Part shown: positions 1 to 14,303 of the stretch, in pieces
Numbering within the stretch: position 1 is the stretch's first letter
Layout: each line of letters opens with the position of its first letter
From: Octopus bimaculoides
Taxonomy: Eukaryota
NCBI RefSeq assembly: GCF_001194135.2
Contig: NC_068982.1
Coordinates: 143,026,666-143,078,304 of the forward strand
DNA length: 51,639 nucleotides
Direction: 5' to 3'
Translations under genes and position numbers: made by a program
Notes under the pieces: model-generated
Told to the model about the DNA's origin: nothing
Seen by the model: the letters and a program-made list of their open reading frames with translations, nothing else
Databases searched by the model: none

Positions 1-21
1 ATATGTATATATGTGTGTATG

Positions 22-56
<35 letters not shown>

Positions 57-592
57 GTATATGTGTGTGTATGTATATATATATATATGAATTACCTTTT
101 GTTTCTTAACGAGGTTATTAATTTATTTCATTGCATTTTATTTTAATATTTATAATTGTATTCTCCATATAAATAGATTCAATGAACCTTTGGAATTCAA
201 AGATTCTTTGATTTTCTTCCTTTGAAATCAAGGGCTTAACGTCGATTTAAATAAATATATTTTGGGGTAATTGGTCAAAAATATTCCCCGACCCCTGATT
301 GCATGAATGTGGAATAACGAGGTATACACGCTGGTATCATATAAAAGGAATATGTACCTACCTATTATTTAAATATAACCCTTGATTCAATAGCAGTGTA
401 TAAACTCTATACTTGGAATGACCAATTCTAAAGACTATTGGATTTTACTCATAAGGTATTGGAATCTTATATGTATACCATCCTACCTAAATAATGGATT
501 TACAAATACAATATCCCTTCTTATCTCACATCTATTTTGTTCCTCCAATTCACTCTCTATTTCGTATCTCATCTAAATTCACTATTGCTTAC

Positions 593-646
593 CTATCCTC
601 TGACACCGTCTCCGATGAAGGGATATAGTAAATATCTTGGAAACAG
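593..646 (-). CDS. Candidate 54-nt internal coding exon (phase 2-2 reading CFQDIYYIPSSETVSED)
   Basis: Minus strand tcttacag|...gaggatag|gtaagc. The frame is open and phase-compatible with the candidate exon at 8100-8200. The acceptor is weak and the product is not recognised. Confidence 0.25.
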   Translation of the reverse strand: MFPRYLLYPFIGDGVRG

Positions 647-728
647 CTGTAAGACATTCTATTTATAAATGTTCTAAAATCTACACAGCCTTGTTTTTGT
701 TTTTTTATCTCATTACGAAAAGTATATT

Positions 729-768
<40 letters not shown>

Positions 769-1183
769 GTATTTAAGAAAAATAAAATGAAATAAATGAG
801 AGTGCAACGGAAAAATAAATGAGTGGAAAATGAATGAAAAAGTAAATGAGTAATTATATTAATATTGGGAGTTGAGTCAGAAAAAGAGAGAAAAAGCACG
901 ATGTGAAGAAAAATGAGTTTAGGGAAAGGAATGAGATAGAGGAGCGCATTTGAACGGCGAGTATTTTAATTCAATTTTGGGAAACGCGACCTAGTGCTGG
1001 AAAAGTACGAGTGAGTTAAAACCCTGTTGCATATTGGGAACGCCAAGTAGATAGATGAAAGGATAAATAAAATATGAGTTAAAAGTCACTAAATATAAAT
1101 GAAAATAATGTAGTCGAAATATTCAAGTACCAAAGGACACTGACAGAAACTCATGCGCACAAAGTATACCTACATTCGTACAT

Positions 1184-1235
<52 letters not shown>

Positions 1236-1238
1236 ATG

Positions 1239-1269
<31 letters not shown>

Positions 1270-1769
1270 NNNNNNNNNNNNNNNNNNNNNNNNNNNNNNN
1301 NNNNNNNNNNNNNNNNNNNNNNNNNNNNNNNNNNNNNNNNNNNNNNNNNNNNNNNNNNNNNNNNNNNNNNNNNNNNNNNNNNNNNNNNNNNNNNNNNNNN
1401 NNNNNNNNNNNNNNNNNNNNNNNNNNNNNNNNNNNNNNNNNNNNNNNNNNNNNNNNNNNNNNNNNNNNNNNNNNNNNNNNNNNNNNNNNNNNNNNNNNNN
1501 NNNNNNNNNNNNNNNNNNNNNNNNNNNNNNNNNNNNNNNNNNNNNNNNNNNNNNNNNNNNNNNNNNNNNNNNNNNNNNNNNNNNNNNNNNNNNNNNNNNN
1601 NNNNNNNNNNNNNNNNNNNNNNNNNNNNNNNNNNNNNNNNNNNNNNNNNNNNNNNNNNNNNNNNNNNNNNNNNNNNNNNNNNNNNNNNNNNNNNNNNNNN
1701 NNNNNNNNNNNNNNNNNNNNNNNNNNNNNNNNNNNNNNNNNNNNNNNNNNNNNNTACTATACATTTCGG

Positions 1770-1803
<34 letters not shown>

Positions 1804-1904
1804 ACATACATAAAAATACGTACACACTTATTTACATATGCACTGATATTCGCAAATAGAACCACACATACACATACGTATATATATGTGCATATATACA
1901 TATT

Positions 1905-2139
1905 AGTTGGCACTCCGTCGCTTACGACAACGAGGGTTCCAGTTGATCCGATCATCGGAACAGCGTGCTCGTGAAATTAACGTGCAAGTGGCTGAGCACT
2001 CCACAGACACGTGTACCCTTAACGTAGTTCTCGGGGATATTCAGCGTGACACAGAGTGTGACAAGGCTTACCCTTTGAGTTACAGGCACAACAGAAACAG
2101 GAAGTAAGAATGAGAGAAAGTTGTGGTGAAAGAGTACAG
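1905..2139 (-). mobile_element. tRNA-derived SINE family B, 3' part (head lost in gap)
   Basis: Reverse complement matches the body of the copy at 9153-9436 (ctgtactctttcaccacaac...gggtacacgtgtctg). Confidence 0.85.
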
Positions 2140-2720
2140 NNNNNNNNNNATATATATATATATATATATATACGTGTGTGTGTGTGTGTATGTGTGTGTG
2201 TGTGTGTTTATGTGTGTGTGTATATATTTCCATGAATATACACAAGCACACATGTATATACAAGTATACATACACACATACACACACGCATATATCTTTG
2301 CATTTGCATGTATCCCCATACCCATGTAACATATGCATATAACTATATACAAGGTCTCTTACGATTCGTAAGTAGTACATGTAACTGTACACACGATCTT
2401 ATANNNNNNNNNNNNNNNNNNNNNNNNNNNNNNNNNNNNNNNNNNNNNNNNNNNNNNNNNNNNNNNNNNNNNNNNNNNNNNNNNNNNNNNNNNNNNNNNN
2501 NNNNNNNNNNNNNNNNNNNNNNNNNNNNNNNNNNNNNNNNNNNNNNNNNNNNNNNNNNNNNNNNNNNNNNNNNNNNNNNNNNNNNNNNNNNNNNNNNNNN
2601 NNNNNNNNNNNNNNNNNNNNNNNNNNNNNNNNNNNNNNNNNNNNNNNNNNNNNNNNNNNNNNNNNNNNNNNNNNNNNNNNNNNNNNNNNNNNNNNNNNNN
2701 NNNNNNNNNNNNNNNNNNNN

Positions 2721-2773
<53 letters not shown>

Positions 2774-3113
2774 CCATGTATGTGATTATATATCTATATT
2801 TATAGCTATATATATATATATATATATATATACGTGCATGTACGTGTGTGTTTATTTATATATGCGATTATGTATATGTATGTATGCATATATGTAGATA
2901 TATTGTCTGTACGTTAGGGTGTATGCAACGTATATGTATATTTGCACATACACACCCCGATGCACACTCATCTCCAACACTTTACGATGTCTACAAACGA
3001 GGTGCAGCTGGTCACTAACCACTGTACACCTCTTATACAGTCTACGTTTCATGAATGCATTTCTGTTTTATAATCACTTCGTTTACTGAACGAACAAGTA
3101 ATACAATTTTTAA

Positions 3114-3146
<33 letters not shown>

Positions 3147-4469
3147 TAATAGGAGACATTTGTAGTTTTTATGGCAGACGTCTGCTTTCACTCGATTTTC
3201 TCAACCAGGATATCAAAAGAAACTCTGAAGACTTAGTAATTCCTGTAAATTAAATCTTTAAAGAAAGTTACTTGAATAGATCTCACCACATTCAATGGTG
3301 AAAATATAGGTCAGGTAAACTTGATTGCTGATGATATATTCCCAAGATGGGAAATGTCGAGAAGTAAATTACTAAATATAATTGATCAAAGGTAATCAGA
3401 AAAATCTATTGCAAAGGAAATTCGGAGTGCTTTTAGAAAACTAAACAAGAGAAACAAAAATAGTGAAAAAAATTTCTTCCTATAATTATTTACTTATTAA
3501 TAAATTTTCTACTTCTGCAACTTAGCAAAACTAGATTCTTCCAGTAAGAGCAAGAATCGTATATATATTTTTATATTCGTTTCACTAAATCTTTCACCAT
3601 ATTCGTCTGTATGGATTTGTGAATGATGTATTAATGTGGACATGCATAACAACGATCATTACATTTACAAACATTCATTCATACGTATACACATGCTTGC
3701 GCGCGCACACAGACACATATACATATATTTATATATGCATGTACGTATAAATAAATGTACGTATATACATACAAATATATATATACATACACACGCACAT
3801 AAATATATACATATATTTATGCACACAAACACACACACACACATACACACACACACACACGCACGCACGCACGCACAGACACACACACCCATGCAATGTG
3901 TAAGATGCTACCTGTATTATGAACAATGAAAATAATGAGTATGCTTTCATCATATTAAAATATATTCTTCTTACATTCACTGCAATTTCAAGAATCTAAG
4001 CAATAAATAGTTAACGATAAATCCCGTGTGAATCCATGTTTTGCCAATATATTTTTATTTTTAGATACTTCCGCGTGATAATAAGGAAATATGCACTTTG
4101 AAGCATATTAATAAACTTGTGAGATGTTGAATATTGTTTTGTTCTATGTATTATCTTATGCATTTATTTAACGGTGAGTTAGGGATTAAGGCGTTCCCTA
4201 GCATATATATCGCAATCAATCGTTTTGTCACTCGCGACTTGTCATTCGTTCGTTAGTTTCAGTGAAAAGTTTTTATCCATTTACTTTTGACGTGTCTGCC
4301 GAAGTGGAAGTTGAAACTAACGTGCGCGCGCGAGCGTATTCTGTTTGACCTGTAATATTATACTCTTTAATTTACCATTTCAAACAAGTCTTTATGAATT
4401 TCATAAAATGCGTTGTATGGTTCAACAGATCTTGTTTAATTTAGCTCAAAATTAATAAGAAGTCAGTGT

Positions 4470-4800
4470 CATTTATATTTCTTTCTTTCTTCTGGCAATG
4501 CCTTCCATAACCTTACTAACATGTGAGGCCAAACAGAGAGGCCTGTAAATTGTTAGCATCTCCTTTGTTTCCTCCTTTATAGAAATGGCATAGTATACCT
4601 TATGGAGAGTTTGCCACCTGCAAGGAAACTTTCCAAAGTAACTGCAGTAGATCTGGAAGAGTTTTTATACATAATTTTAAAGGAACGTCCGGAAATCCAT
4701 CTGGGCACTTTGCTAAGTTGTAGTTCATTTCATCAACAGTCGACATTATGTCCTCCTTTATATGAATTACATTCATGATTGCATATTTCACATGTAGATA
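4470..4800 (-). mobile_element. Decayed CR1/L2-type LINE reverse transcriptase fragment
   Basis: Minus translation with a stop and a frameshift gives KCPDGFPDVPLKLCIKTLPDLLQLLWKVSL, then FYKGGNKGDANN and YRPLCLASHVSKVMEGIARRK. This matches the GPDG...K....NYRPISL.S..K..E pattern at the start of non-LTR RT. Confidence 0.85.
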
Positions 4801-6057
4801 TATTATAGATTACATATTATATATGATGAAGGCGAACAATACGAAACTTCGGAGGGACTGTCATTGACTGAGCTATCCATTTAAAACAATGTCTAGCCTT
4901 GTCTCAACATTTGAAACAAATATTTTAGTCAGGAGTCTACTTCCGAAATGTGAGTTATTTTCGGGATAGTTGAAGACACACCTCATATATGTAATCACAA
5001 TAATATATTTTCTAAATCCGTTACATTAACAGCATGACAAAGAAATAGCAATCACATGTGTAGACTTATTTTCCTTGCTATGTACTCTGGATACTCTAAC
5101 AACATCACATATATTACGTAGTTACCATTATAACCTGATTCAATTTTTTTTCCAAATAGCAGGATACGATACGAGATGGTTTTGAATATTTTGTTATCTT
5201 TGGGCCAGTGTCTTAATTGAGTGTCTTTATTAATCGGATTCTGAATCGAGTTATCATCATGGCGACTCTTCTTTCTATTTAGTTGAAGTCTTTGGTTCAT
5301 CGTCAAAACACACCTTCTATATGTATCTCCACGCTCATTGATCTGAGGAACTTTCTAGAACAATCAGTGAAAACCTTAAAGCGTGCCATCCGCTTCTCTT
5401 CCTAAGTGCATCGTTTCTTTGTTGAGTTTCATCTTAGATAAAGGTCTTTTTATCTAATAGCGTCTTTCCTTGAACTGCTGCTCTCTAGAACACTCTGTCA
5501 TCGTGATTCCTCAAGTCACTGATGTTCAGTCTTTTGAGCTTTCTGTTACTCAATGTGTTTTTTTATCTTCTTTAGAGTTTCTTACGCTAGATTGGTCTCA
5601 AGACTTCAATGAAACAAAATCGTTAAAACGTTGAAAATATAATCGAACTAACATAAATCCTAAAATCTACAAAGATTCCACTCTGAGAACGTTTACAGAT
5701 TTTGGTCAGTACTTTTCCTGAACAGTTCCATCTATCTGGACATTCAGCTCACATCTAATTGAATGAAACATCAATTTAAACTTTCTGCTCGCTTCCATTC
5801 CCATTTTATTGAGAGGAATGTCGTAGCTGAGGTTCTTGAAGATGACATATTTCTATATTAAGGGCTTTGGTGAATACATCGGATTGACAGTTGACTACTG
5901 TAAGCAAATACAGATAAAAAGTAACAGTTACCCTCTAAATAAACTCTGCAAAATAAATGTGTTAATAATAATTCAAATAAATATAAATGTTATATAAATG
6001 AATTGTCCACCGACAACCAATAATATTAGCAGAGTTTAAATTATGGCTATGTTGTTT

Positions 6058-6215
<158 letters not shown>

Positions 6216-8099
6216 TGCATGTGTATATATGCATGTGTATATATGCATGTACGTGCGTTTGTATTTATATATATATCTACCTTTTTTCTGCTTATATATA
6301 TGGGTATGTATGTATTTATAAAATATTAAATTGATTAAATTGATTAAATTGATTAAACGTAGAACAATACACCGAAACATTGTTCGTTCAGACATATATA
6401 TACATCTTCCAGATCAAAGAACCAACATATATTCGCTTCCAATGTAATTACAACTTGTGTTGAAATGCTCCGTCGGTTACAAGAGACATTTAAAACAAGA
6501 TGTTTCCTTGTATTTTCTTCCTTAATCAAATGATTATGTTTGTGTAACGGTCTTAGAACAAATATATACTTGAATGATCATTGCTTTAAAATAAAGATTA
6601 TATACTTACGAAAGAATGGGATATTAACAGAGATAGAGCCAGTCATTCATTCATTCTCGCGTGAAGTGATTCGATCTCGCACTCACAAAACACTGGTTAG
6701 TTTGGTATTCGATTAAGTCGATCATAATCACCGCTTTTAGATACGAAATTTTCTACTTATCTATGAAATCTATTTACTCTCATTGACTGATTTTACATAC
6801 ATTAGATATACATTATTGCGTTGCATCTTTGTCCATTGTAAACGTCCACGAAGAATTCGGTTAAACAACTCGGAACGTGTATCTGCGTGTGCATAATGCA
6901 CAATGCATAATGCAGAATGGAAATGAAAATGCACTAACCTTTCAGGAGTCAATAACTTTGCTATAAATAGGTGCCAAGGACAGTGTTAGCTCACAGTTGA
7001 CAGCACTAGAGGTTATATCTTATCTAATCTACGCATTCATTTTCTGTGTAGATAGCTCAGATGTCTGGGCTGATTTGATTATTTATATACCGAACGCATG
7101 GAAAGGAAATCTTTACTGACGTACAAAATATTTCGACGAAAGGATTATTTAATTATTTTTAGGACATGGGACTATCTGGCTTTTATATAAAATAACTATA
7201 TAACAATAAATATTAGAAGAATTATAGAAGAATTTGGTGAATTGATTTTGTGAGAATCACACAATTTGAACACCTGTCTGGCTTGTTTGTTATTTCGGAA
7301 ACAAATAACTCAACATCGCTGTTTGCATTTTCGTAATTTGTCTATTGGACTCCTTTTAAAGTGTAACTTATAGATAGCTCTGATTATTGAGAATCATGCA
7401 GGTATCTGAATACAGTTCTGTGTCAGAACTCCAATTATGATGCTAGTATATTTGCTAGATAGTCTCAATATTACTTGTCTGTCTCAATAAACCAACGTGT
7501 GTTGTACTGATTAGATATTACATTATAGCAAACACTTATTTGTGGAAAAGATTAAATAACAACAGAGTTTGATATCCGAAAAACCATGATTAGTTTTATT
7601 TCGTTAGATTCTTGTCAATCAAGCTTACTAATCTCTTCTACAATAACTACTAACACCAATGGTTAAATAGTTATTTTGCCTTAAAATACTTAGAAAGTTA
7701 TATTAACATTATTATTTCTTCATGACATCAATCTCAAATATTCTTCCTTCTCTGCTAATGAGTTTCAATAAGCAGCAAGCATTTCACAGTTTTCATATAA
7801 TGTCCTCTTCTACTCTGGACAGGAGGGTAAATGTTGAAACTTGCCAAAATTATTTTCCAGTTATTAACAAATATTATGCAATGAAATTACACTTAAATAA
7901 TCTTAACTCTTAGCATTAAACTTAATTCTTGTCAATAACCTAAACGGTTAAGTGATTTGTACAGGTCCACACCTGTCCCCATAGATAGACGCACCAGTCT
8001 ATTTTCATGTTTTGGCAACGATGGATATTTCCTCGTAGTTGAATTCCAATTACAGCTTCCACTTTCATGTTCACTTTAAAATACTGAATATGTGCCTAC

Positions 8100-8200
8100 C
8101 TGTCACAGTTGAATAAATCTCTCTGTTCAACCGTATAGGCGCTCTGGCACACGATCAACATTATAAATACATTCAGTGTGAAAATCGGATATTTAATCAT
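8100..8200 (-). CDS. Candidate first coding exon with signal-peptide-like N-terminus MIKYPIFTLNVFIMLIVCQSAYTVEQRDLFNCD
   Basis: ATG at 8200-8198, a hydrophobic stretch, and donor gacag|gtaggc at 8100/8099. A possible upstream acceptor cttatttaacag| would start the exon at 8238. No family recognised. Confidence 0.3.
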
Positions 8201-8520
8201 TTATTTTGACAATAAATACTACCCGATTGAAACCGCTTCTGTTAAATAAGTGTTGTGAAATCTTTACCAATTTAATCAGAGCCAAACTCATAGAATATCT
8301 CCGTTACATCCTACAATCATACTTTTTGTTCTTGAAAAGTTATTGTAAAGACAATATTGTCCTTAACACAATCAAATAAACTAAGAACAACAGTTATTAT
8401 TGTCGTTATTTTTGCTGGTAGAGAAAGAATAGCATTGCCCGGAACAATTTTCCCCGTTTCTGCTTTGCAATTAGAAAGCAGGGTTATCATCGTACCGGAG
8501 ACCTAGCTCGAATGCTCGCA

Positions 8521-8607
8521 AATCACGCAAGAGCCAGGTGGTATTCTTAAATCAGGTTACGAATAAAGCCACCCGATTTAAGAAAACCACCTGGTTTTTG
8601 CGTGATT
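8521..8607 (+). other. 87-nt near-perfect hairpin (about 37-bp stem, 13-nt loop)
   Basis: aatcacgcaagagccaggtggtattcttaaatcaggt pairs with acccgatttaagaaaaccacctggtttttgcgtgatt, with 2 G.U pairs and 2 mismatches. Confidence 0.85.
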
Positions 8608-9152
8608 CAAAATTATGCAAGAATGCATGTTGAACAATTTAACGTGCGTAATAATGCATACGTTATATCATAATAAATTATTAAACAACATGACTGTAGA
8701 GGTTTTAGCCAATACTGTAAGTTCTAACAAAGGCAAACGTTGCTCATGCATATTCCAACTAAATTCCCTAGGTCTGTCAACAGCTGCACGCTTTCTTTAA
8801 TTATTCACGAAGCTATTTCATATAACCAACTAATAACAGAAGTTAAAGTAAAGTAGAGTGATAAATTTGGGTACTTAATAGAGTATTGGCATCATCTGGT
8901 TTAAATATTAACTGGTGTGCAGGCAGGGCTTCATTTCGTTTCTATAACAAGGTGTATACATACATACATACCATATATATAGATATAGATAGAGATATTA
9001 TATATTATTTATATACTGATAGTTAGAGGAACAGAGTTTAAACATTTTCTCACACTGTCTACGTCTTGAAAATGTCGCTGAAAGGGAATTGGTCCATCCT
9101 AGCTGACGTCTTTATCTACACGTCTTTATCTTCTATCTATATAATGTACACT

Positions 9153-9436
9153 GGAGGTGCAATGGTCCGGTGGTTAGGGCAACGGTCTCGATGTCGGGAG
9201 GATCGCGGTTTCGATTCCCAGACCGGGCGTTGTGAGTGTTTATTAAGCGAAAACACCTAAAGCTCCACGAGGCTCGGGCAGGGGATGGTGGCGAACCCTG
9301 CTGTACTCTTTCACCACAACTTTCTCTCACTCTTACTTCCTGTTTCTGTTGTGCCTGTAATTCAAAGGGCCAGCCTTGTCACACTCTGTGTCACGCTGAA
9401 TCTTCCTGAGAACTAAGTTAAGGGTACACGTGTCTG
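9153..9436 (+). mobile_element. tRNA-derived SINE family B, 5' part (runs into gap)
   Basis: Box A-like tggtccggtgg and box B-like gtttcgattccc; body shared with 1905-2139. Confidence 0.85.
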
Positions 9437-10180
9437 NNNNNNNNNNNNNNNNNNNNNNNNNNNNNNNNNNNNNNNNNNNNNNNNNNNNNNNNNNNNNNNN
9501 NNNNNNNNNNNNNNNNNNNNNNNNNNNNNNNNNNNNNNNNNNNNNNNNNNNNNNNNNNNNNNNNNNNNNNNNNNNNNNNNNNNNNNNNNNNNNNNNNNNN
9601 NNNNNNNNNNNNNNNNNNNNNNNNNNNNNNNNNNNNNNNNNNNNNNNNNNNNNNNNNNNNNNNNNNNNNNNNNNNNNNNNNNNNNNNNNNNNNNNNNNNN
9701 NNNNNNNNNNNNNNNNNNNNNNNNNNNNNNNNNNNNNNNNNNNNNNNNNNNNNNNNNNNNNNNNNNNNNNNNNNNNNNNNNNNNNNNNNNNNNNNNNNNN
9801 NNNNNNNNNNNNNNNNNNNNNNNNNNNNNNNNNNNNNNNNNNNNNNNNNNNNNNNNNNNNNNNNNNNNNNNNNNNNNNNNNNNNNNNNNNNNNNNNNNNN
9901 NNNNNNNNNNNNNNNNNNNNNNNNNNNNNNNNNNNNNNNNNNNNNNNNNNNNNNNNNNNNNNNNNNNNNNNNNNNNNNNNNNNNNNNNNNNNNNNNNNNN
10001 NNNNNNNNNNNNNNNNNNNNNNNNNNNNNNNNNNNNNNNNNNNNNNNNNNNNNNNNNNNNNNNNNNNNNNNNNNNNNNNNNNNNNNNNNNNNNNNNNNNN
10101 NNNNNNNNNNNNNNNNNNNNNNNNNNNNNNNNNNNNNNNNNNNNNNNNNATATATATATATATATATATATACATATATA

Positions 10181-10336
10181 CAACGCGCTTCTTTCAGTTT
10201 CCGTCTACCAAATCCACTCACAGGGCTTTGGTCAGCCCGGAACTATAGTAGAAGACACTTGCCCAAGTTGCCACGCAGTGGAACTGAACCCTGAACCATG
10301 TGGCCGGTATGCAAGCTACTTACCACACAGCCACTC
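10181..10336 (-). mobile_element. tRNA-derived SINE family C (CORE-like) with (TA)n tail
   Basis: Reverse complement gives ggctgtgtggtaag...gggttcagttccac...ttgggcaagtgtcttctactatag...gtagacggaaactgaaagaagc, then (TA)n. Confidence 0.85.
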
Positions 10337-11584
10337 GTTAAAAAAAAACTATATTTTTTATGTATTCCTAGGCCCTCAAACGAACGGACAAACAGTCTTT
10401 CATTCACTTCTATTTCAGTCGTATTTGTTTCAATGTATCGCTTCTATGTAAGATTTCATACATATATTTTGCTATTCCCTTATTATTTGAAGTATTTGGC
10501 AAATATAAAAGTATTTGTAGTGTCGTGTTTTGCAGCACTTCATCTGCTATCTCTCTCATTGCTAGTCCTGGTTGTTTACAACGGTTTATAAATGTTGCTA
10601 TACGTTATAGAATTATCTTGCATCTATCTTGCATCTCGGCGGTTTTCTGGTATTCTGGAATTCACCGTTTCTGGTTTCAACTGAGATTGTTTTGTTCAGC
10701 AGTCTGTATGTGCACATATGTAGGTGTATATATATATNNNNNNNNNNNNNNNNNNNNNNNNNNNNNNNNNNNNNNNNNNNNNNNNNNNNNNNNNNNNNNN
10801 NNNNNNNNNNNNNNNNNNNNNNNNNNNNNNNNNNNNNNNNNNNNNNNNNNNNNNNNNNNNNNNNNNNNNNNNNNNNNNNNNNNNNNNNNNNNNNNNNNNN
10901 NNNNNNNNNNNNNNNNNNNNNNNNNNNNNNNNNNNNNNNNNNNNNNNNNNNNNNNNNNNNNNNNNNNNNNNNNNNNNNNNNNNNNNNNNNNNNNNNNNNN
11001 NNNNNNNNNNNNNNNNNNNNNNNNNNNNNNNNNNNNNNNNNNNNNNNNNNNNNNNNNNNNNNNNNTGTGTGTGTGTGTGTGTGTGTGTGTAAATAAATCT
11101 TCACAGGCATATACAAACACACACACACGTATGTGTGTGCATCTTTTTGCGTTCGCTTTTTTCACACGTCTTTATATATTTCTGTTTCTGAGTGTAATGT
11201 TTCTGGAAAGCAGTCTCCACAACTTGATTTACATTTGCCTTCTCAGGCATTTTGTCCCAATTCACACCCAGCAACGCCCTCAGCTTCATATCCGTTTCAC
11301 ATCTGTTTAGTCTTTTGGAATATCTATTTTTCTTATCTCTTTTAACTGTTTTACTTATTTTCTGCTTTTGCTTTGGCCCCTTGTGCTTAATATGGCGATC
11401 TCTTTACTGTAGTATTTCACGTCTATTTGAAGGATTCCTGTAAATTCAGGCGATATTATGGCTTATAACGAAATAGTATTATGTATTATATATCCACTTT
11501 ATTTTATCTGCATTGTTTTAATATTCCTTTCTCCCCTACGCACATTTTTTAAAATTATCAAATCATTAATAGTTTTTTCATTGT

Positions 11585-12003
11585 AAGGCGGCGAGCTGGC
11601 AGAAACGTTAGCCCGCCAGGTGAAATGCTTAGCGGTATTTCGTATGCCGTTACGTTCTGAGTTCAAATTCCGCCGAGGTCGACTTTGCCTTTCATCCTTT
11701 CGGGGTCGATTAAATAAGTACCAGTTACACACTGGGGTCGATATAATCGATTTAATCCGTTTGTCTGTCCTTGTTTGTCCCCTCTGTGTGTAGCCCCTTG
11801 TGGGTAGTAAAGAAATAAGAAACTTTAGCACGCGGGGCGAAATGCTTAACGGCATTTTGTCTGTCTTTGCGTTCAGAGGTCGACTTTGCTTTCATCATTT
11901 AGGGTCGATAATTTAAGTACCAGTCGCGTACTGGGGTCGATCTAATCGACTGGCCCCTCTCCCAAAATTTCCGGTCTTCTGCCTAGAGTAGAAAAGTATA
12001 TCC
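11585..12003 (+). mobile_element. Composite SINE family A (long-tail monomer plus head-truncated monomer) with 9-bp TSD
   Basis: aaggcggcgagctggcagaa...gagttcaaattccgccgaggtcgactttgcc. TSD tttcattgt at 11576-11584 and 12004-12012. Confidence 0.9.
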
Positions 12004-14094
12004 TTTCATTGTTTCACTATATAATGTATTTACTACGTATATAGTTTTCTAGAGTGTAAATTAATGAATGATTATACAGTTCAGAAGGTTAAGAGATGTG
12101 TACCGTCGAGGCATTTCCACTCAAGTGTGGACTGCTGTAAATAGGAATGTGTATTTCTAATTCAAATGTCACGAATACTATTACATGAAACATGTAGAGT
12201 GGTAGGTGCCCTAAAACTGGGCATGTAGCAGTGTTTTTGGTGTGCACAATGAGGTATGTAGTGTACGAATGAGAAGGGTTCAATGAGAAGTGTCGAAGTG
12301 TACTAGAGATACGTGAGGCTTGTACATTAATAAGTGTACATGAAACGGAGATGTTTATGGAAAAATGTATACTGACGATATAGGAGAGTACAATAGGAAA
12401 TGTACTTCACGATGAAAAATGATCTGTCGATTCAGTAGTGTACTGTGAAATTTAGAAATACGCAATGAACAATGATTACTGCAAAGTTTAGTTTCAATTA
12501 TAAAAAAACTGAACAATGAACGTATACAGACAAATAAGAAGTGTATGATGAGATGGGTGCTGTCGACTGAGAAGTGTACAATTAGACGTGCAATCACTAT
12601 TAGTTGAGAAGTATAATTGGACGAGCATATTGTCTAATGAAGAATGCGTTGTACACTGAGAAGTTTCAGTTCAGAAATGAACGATTCAGAAATCTATCGT
12701 AGTATTGAACAATACTAATATAAGACCTCAGTCTCTTCAGAAGTGTATATTTATATACACTTATCAGATAAAAATAGTCAGTTGACAACGAGGAGCGTGT
12801 TGCCAGTGACGAGTAAATGATGAGAAGTAGATATATTTGAGAGAAAATAGTAAAGTAATATATCTTCGATTCGATTTGAACTCAGGTTCTGCGACTCGTA
12901 GCTACCTATACCATTTTCCATCTCAACTATAATTATCCTTCTTTGAATTCCTATTTCTCTTACATTTTATAGCATCTTTTGAACCATTTCCTTTTAATGT
13001 TATTAATCGGCGTGGTAATTGATGCTCTTTTAGGGAAAGATCATTGGTGCAATACGTTCGTTTAATCTCAGTCGATTGGAACTGTGATAGATTCTTCCCT
13101 GTCCGCCTCTCAGTCAATTTAATCCAATCCAATTGCATCGATTCCACAAACGTTTAGCATAGTATTATGCCACAGCTTTCACCTAGTGATAAACCCTAGC
13201 ACCTCTTCACCGATGAAACATCATCCAGTTCTTATAACACCTCAATACACTGAACTTTCATTGGCCTAACGCTAACCTTTTATGAGCAGATGGGAAATGT
13301 AAAGTAAAGAGCGGATGGGTGCTGCGGATTTTTATGCACGACTACTGGCAAAAAGAAATTAAATTTATCACCGGCACTTTATTCACATTTGATTGTTGAT
13401 CTCTTTCTCTGATCCTGTGTTTGACGGCTCTCTGCTTTAACGTTGCAGCAATAATAAAATAGGTGAATCGTGGGGGAATAAAAACTTTGAAGCTATCATA
13501 CGAAGAACTTAATGAAAATTCCTGCAAGCCAGCGTTGGTAAGAATTGTTTAATTGCTATCACTCCCTTGAACAATTTAAAGAAATGAAGGTGTTAATGTG
13601 CAAAGCACCAGCTGTTACATCAGATCTTTATGCGACTAATCAAAACTGAAATAAGTACGGACAATAAAATTCAAGAATATGTCCCTCAAATCAAATACTA
13701 CATACAGGCATATAATATATAGATATTTGCACACGCACACATGTTAAATGTAGTCATCTGCAAAAGTATATATATATACACACACACTCATATAAATAGA
13801 TAGATCAATCGATAGCTAGACAGATAGATAGATATACAGATATAGTACATATGTATGTGTACATACATACATACATACATACTACGCTGATAGAAATAAG
13901 CTCGTAGACATCTTCCAATGCAGTAAATAATGCAAATTACATATGCAATTTACATATGCAAATGCAGCGTTTATATATATTTATATACATACATGATCAC
14001 ACTAATGATTTGTCACATCATCAGAGTTGACAAAGAGAAACAGCAATAATGTGATTGTTTATACATACATACATACATATATATATGTGTGGGG

Positions 14095-14247
14095 GGGGGC
14101 GGTGTGGTAAGGAGCTTGCTTGCTAACCACATTGTTCCGGTTCAGTCTCACAGCGTGTCACCTGGGACATGTGTTTTCTGCTATAGCCACGGGCCGACCA
14201 AATCCTTGTGAGTAAATTTGGTAGACTGAAACTGAAAGAAGGCCGTC

Positions 14248-14250
<3 letters not shown>
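14095..14250 (+). mobile_element. SINE family C with (TA)n tail
   Basis: Same body as 10181-10336 in the opposite orientation. Confidence 0.85.

Positions 14251-14303
<53 letters not shown>

Noticed and set aside
3328-3365. CUGAUGA followed by a hairpin (hammerhead-like)
   Set aside because: It is followed by GAGA rather than GAAA, has no G-C closing pair and no helix I or cleavage triplet.
5050-5900. Protein-like minus-strand stretches (e.g. KYVIFKNLSYDIPLNKMG...) and a strong acceptor at 5898
   Set aside because: All frames from that acceptor hit stops and no motif was recognised. It may be upstream remains of the 4470-4800 LINE, but I cannot support that.
7940-8200. Single-TAG read-through ORF extending the 8200 ATG frame
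   Set aside because: The TAG lies inside a good donor site (AG|GTAGGC). Splicing or chance is simpler than read-through, and there is no homology clue.
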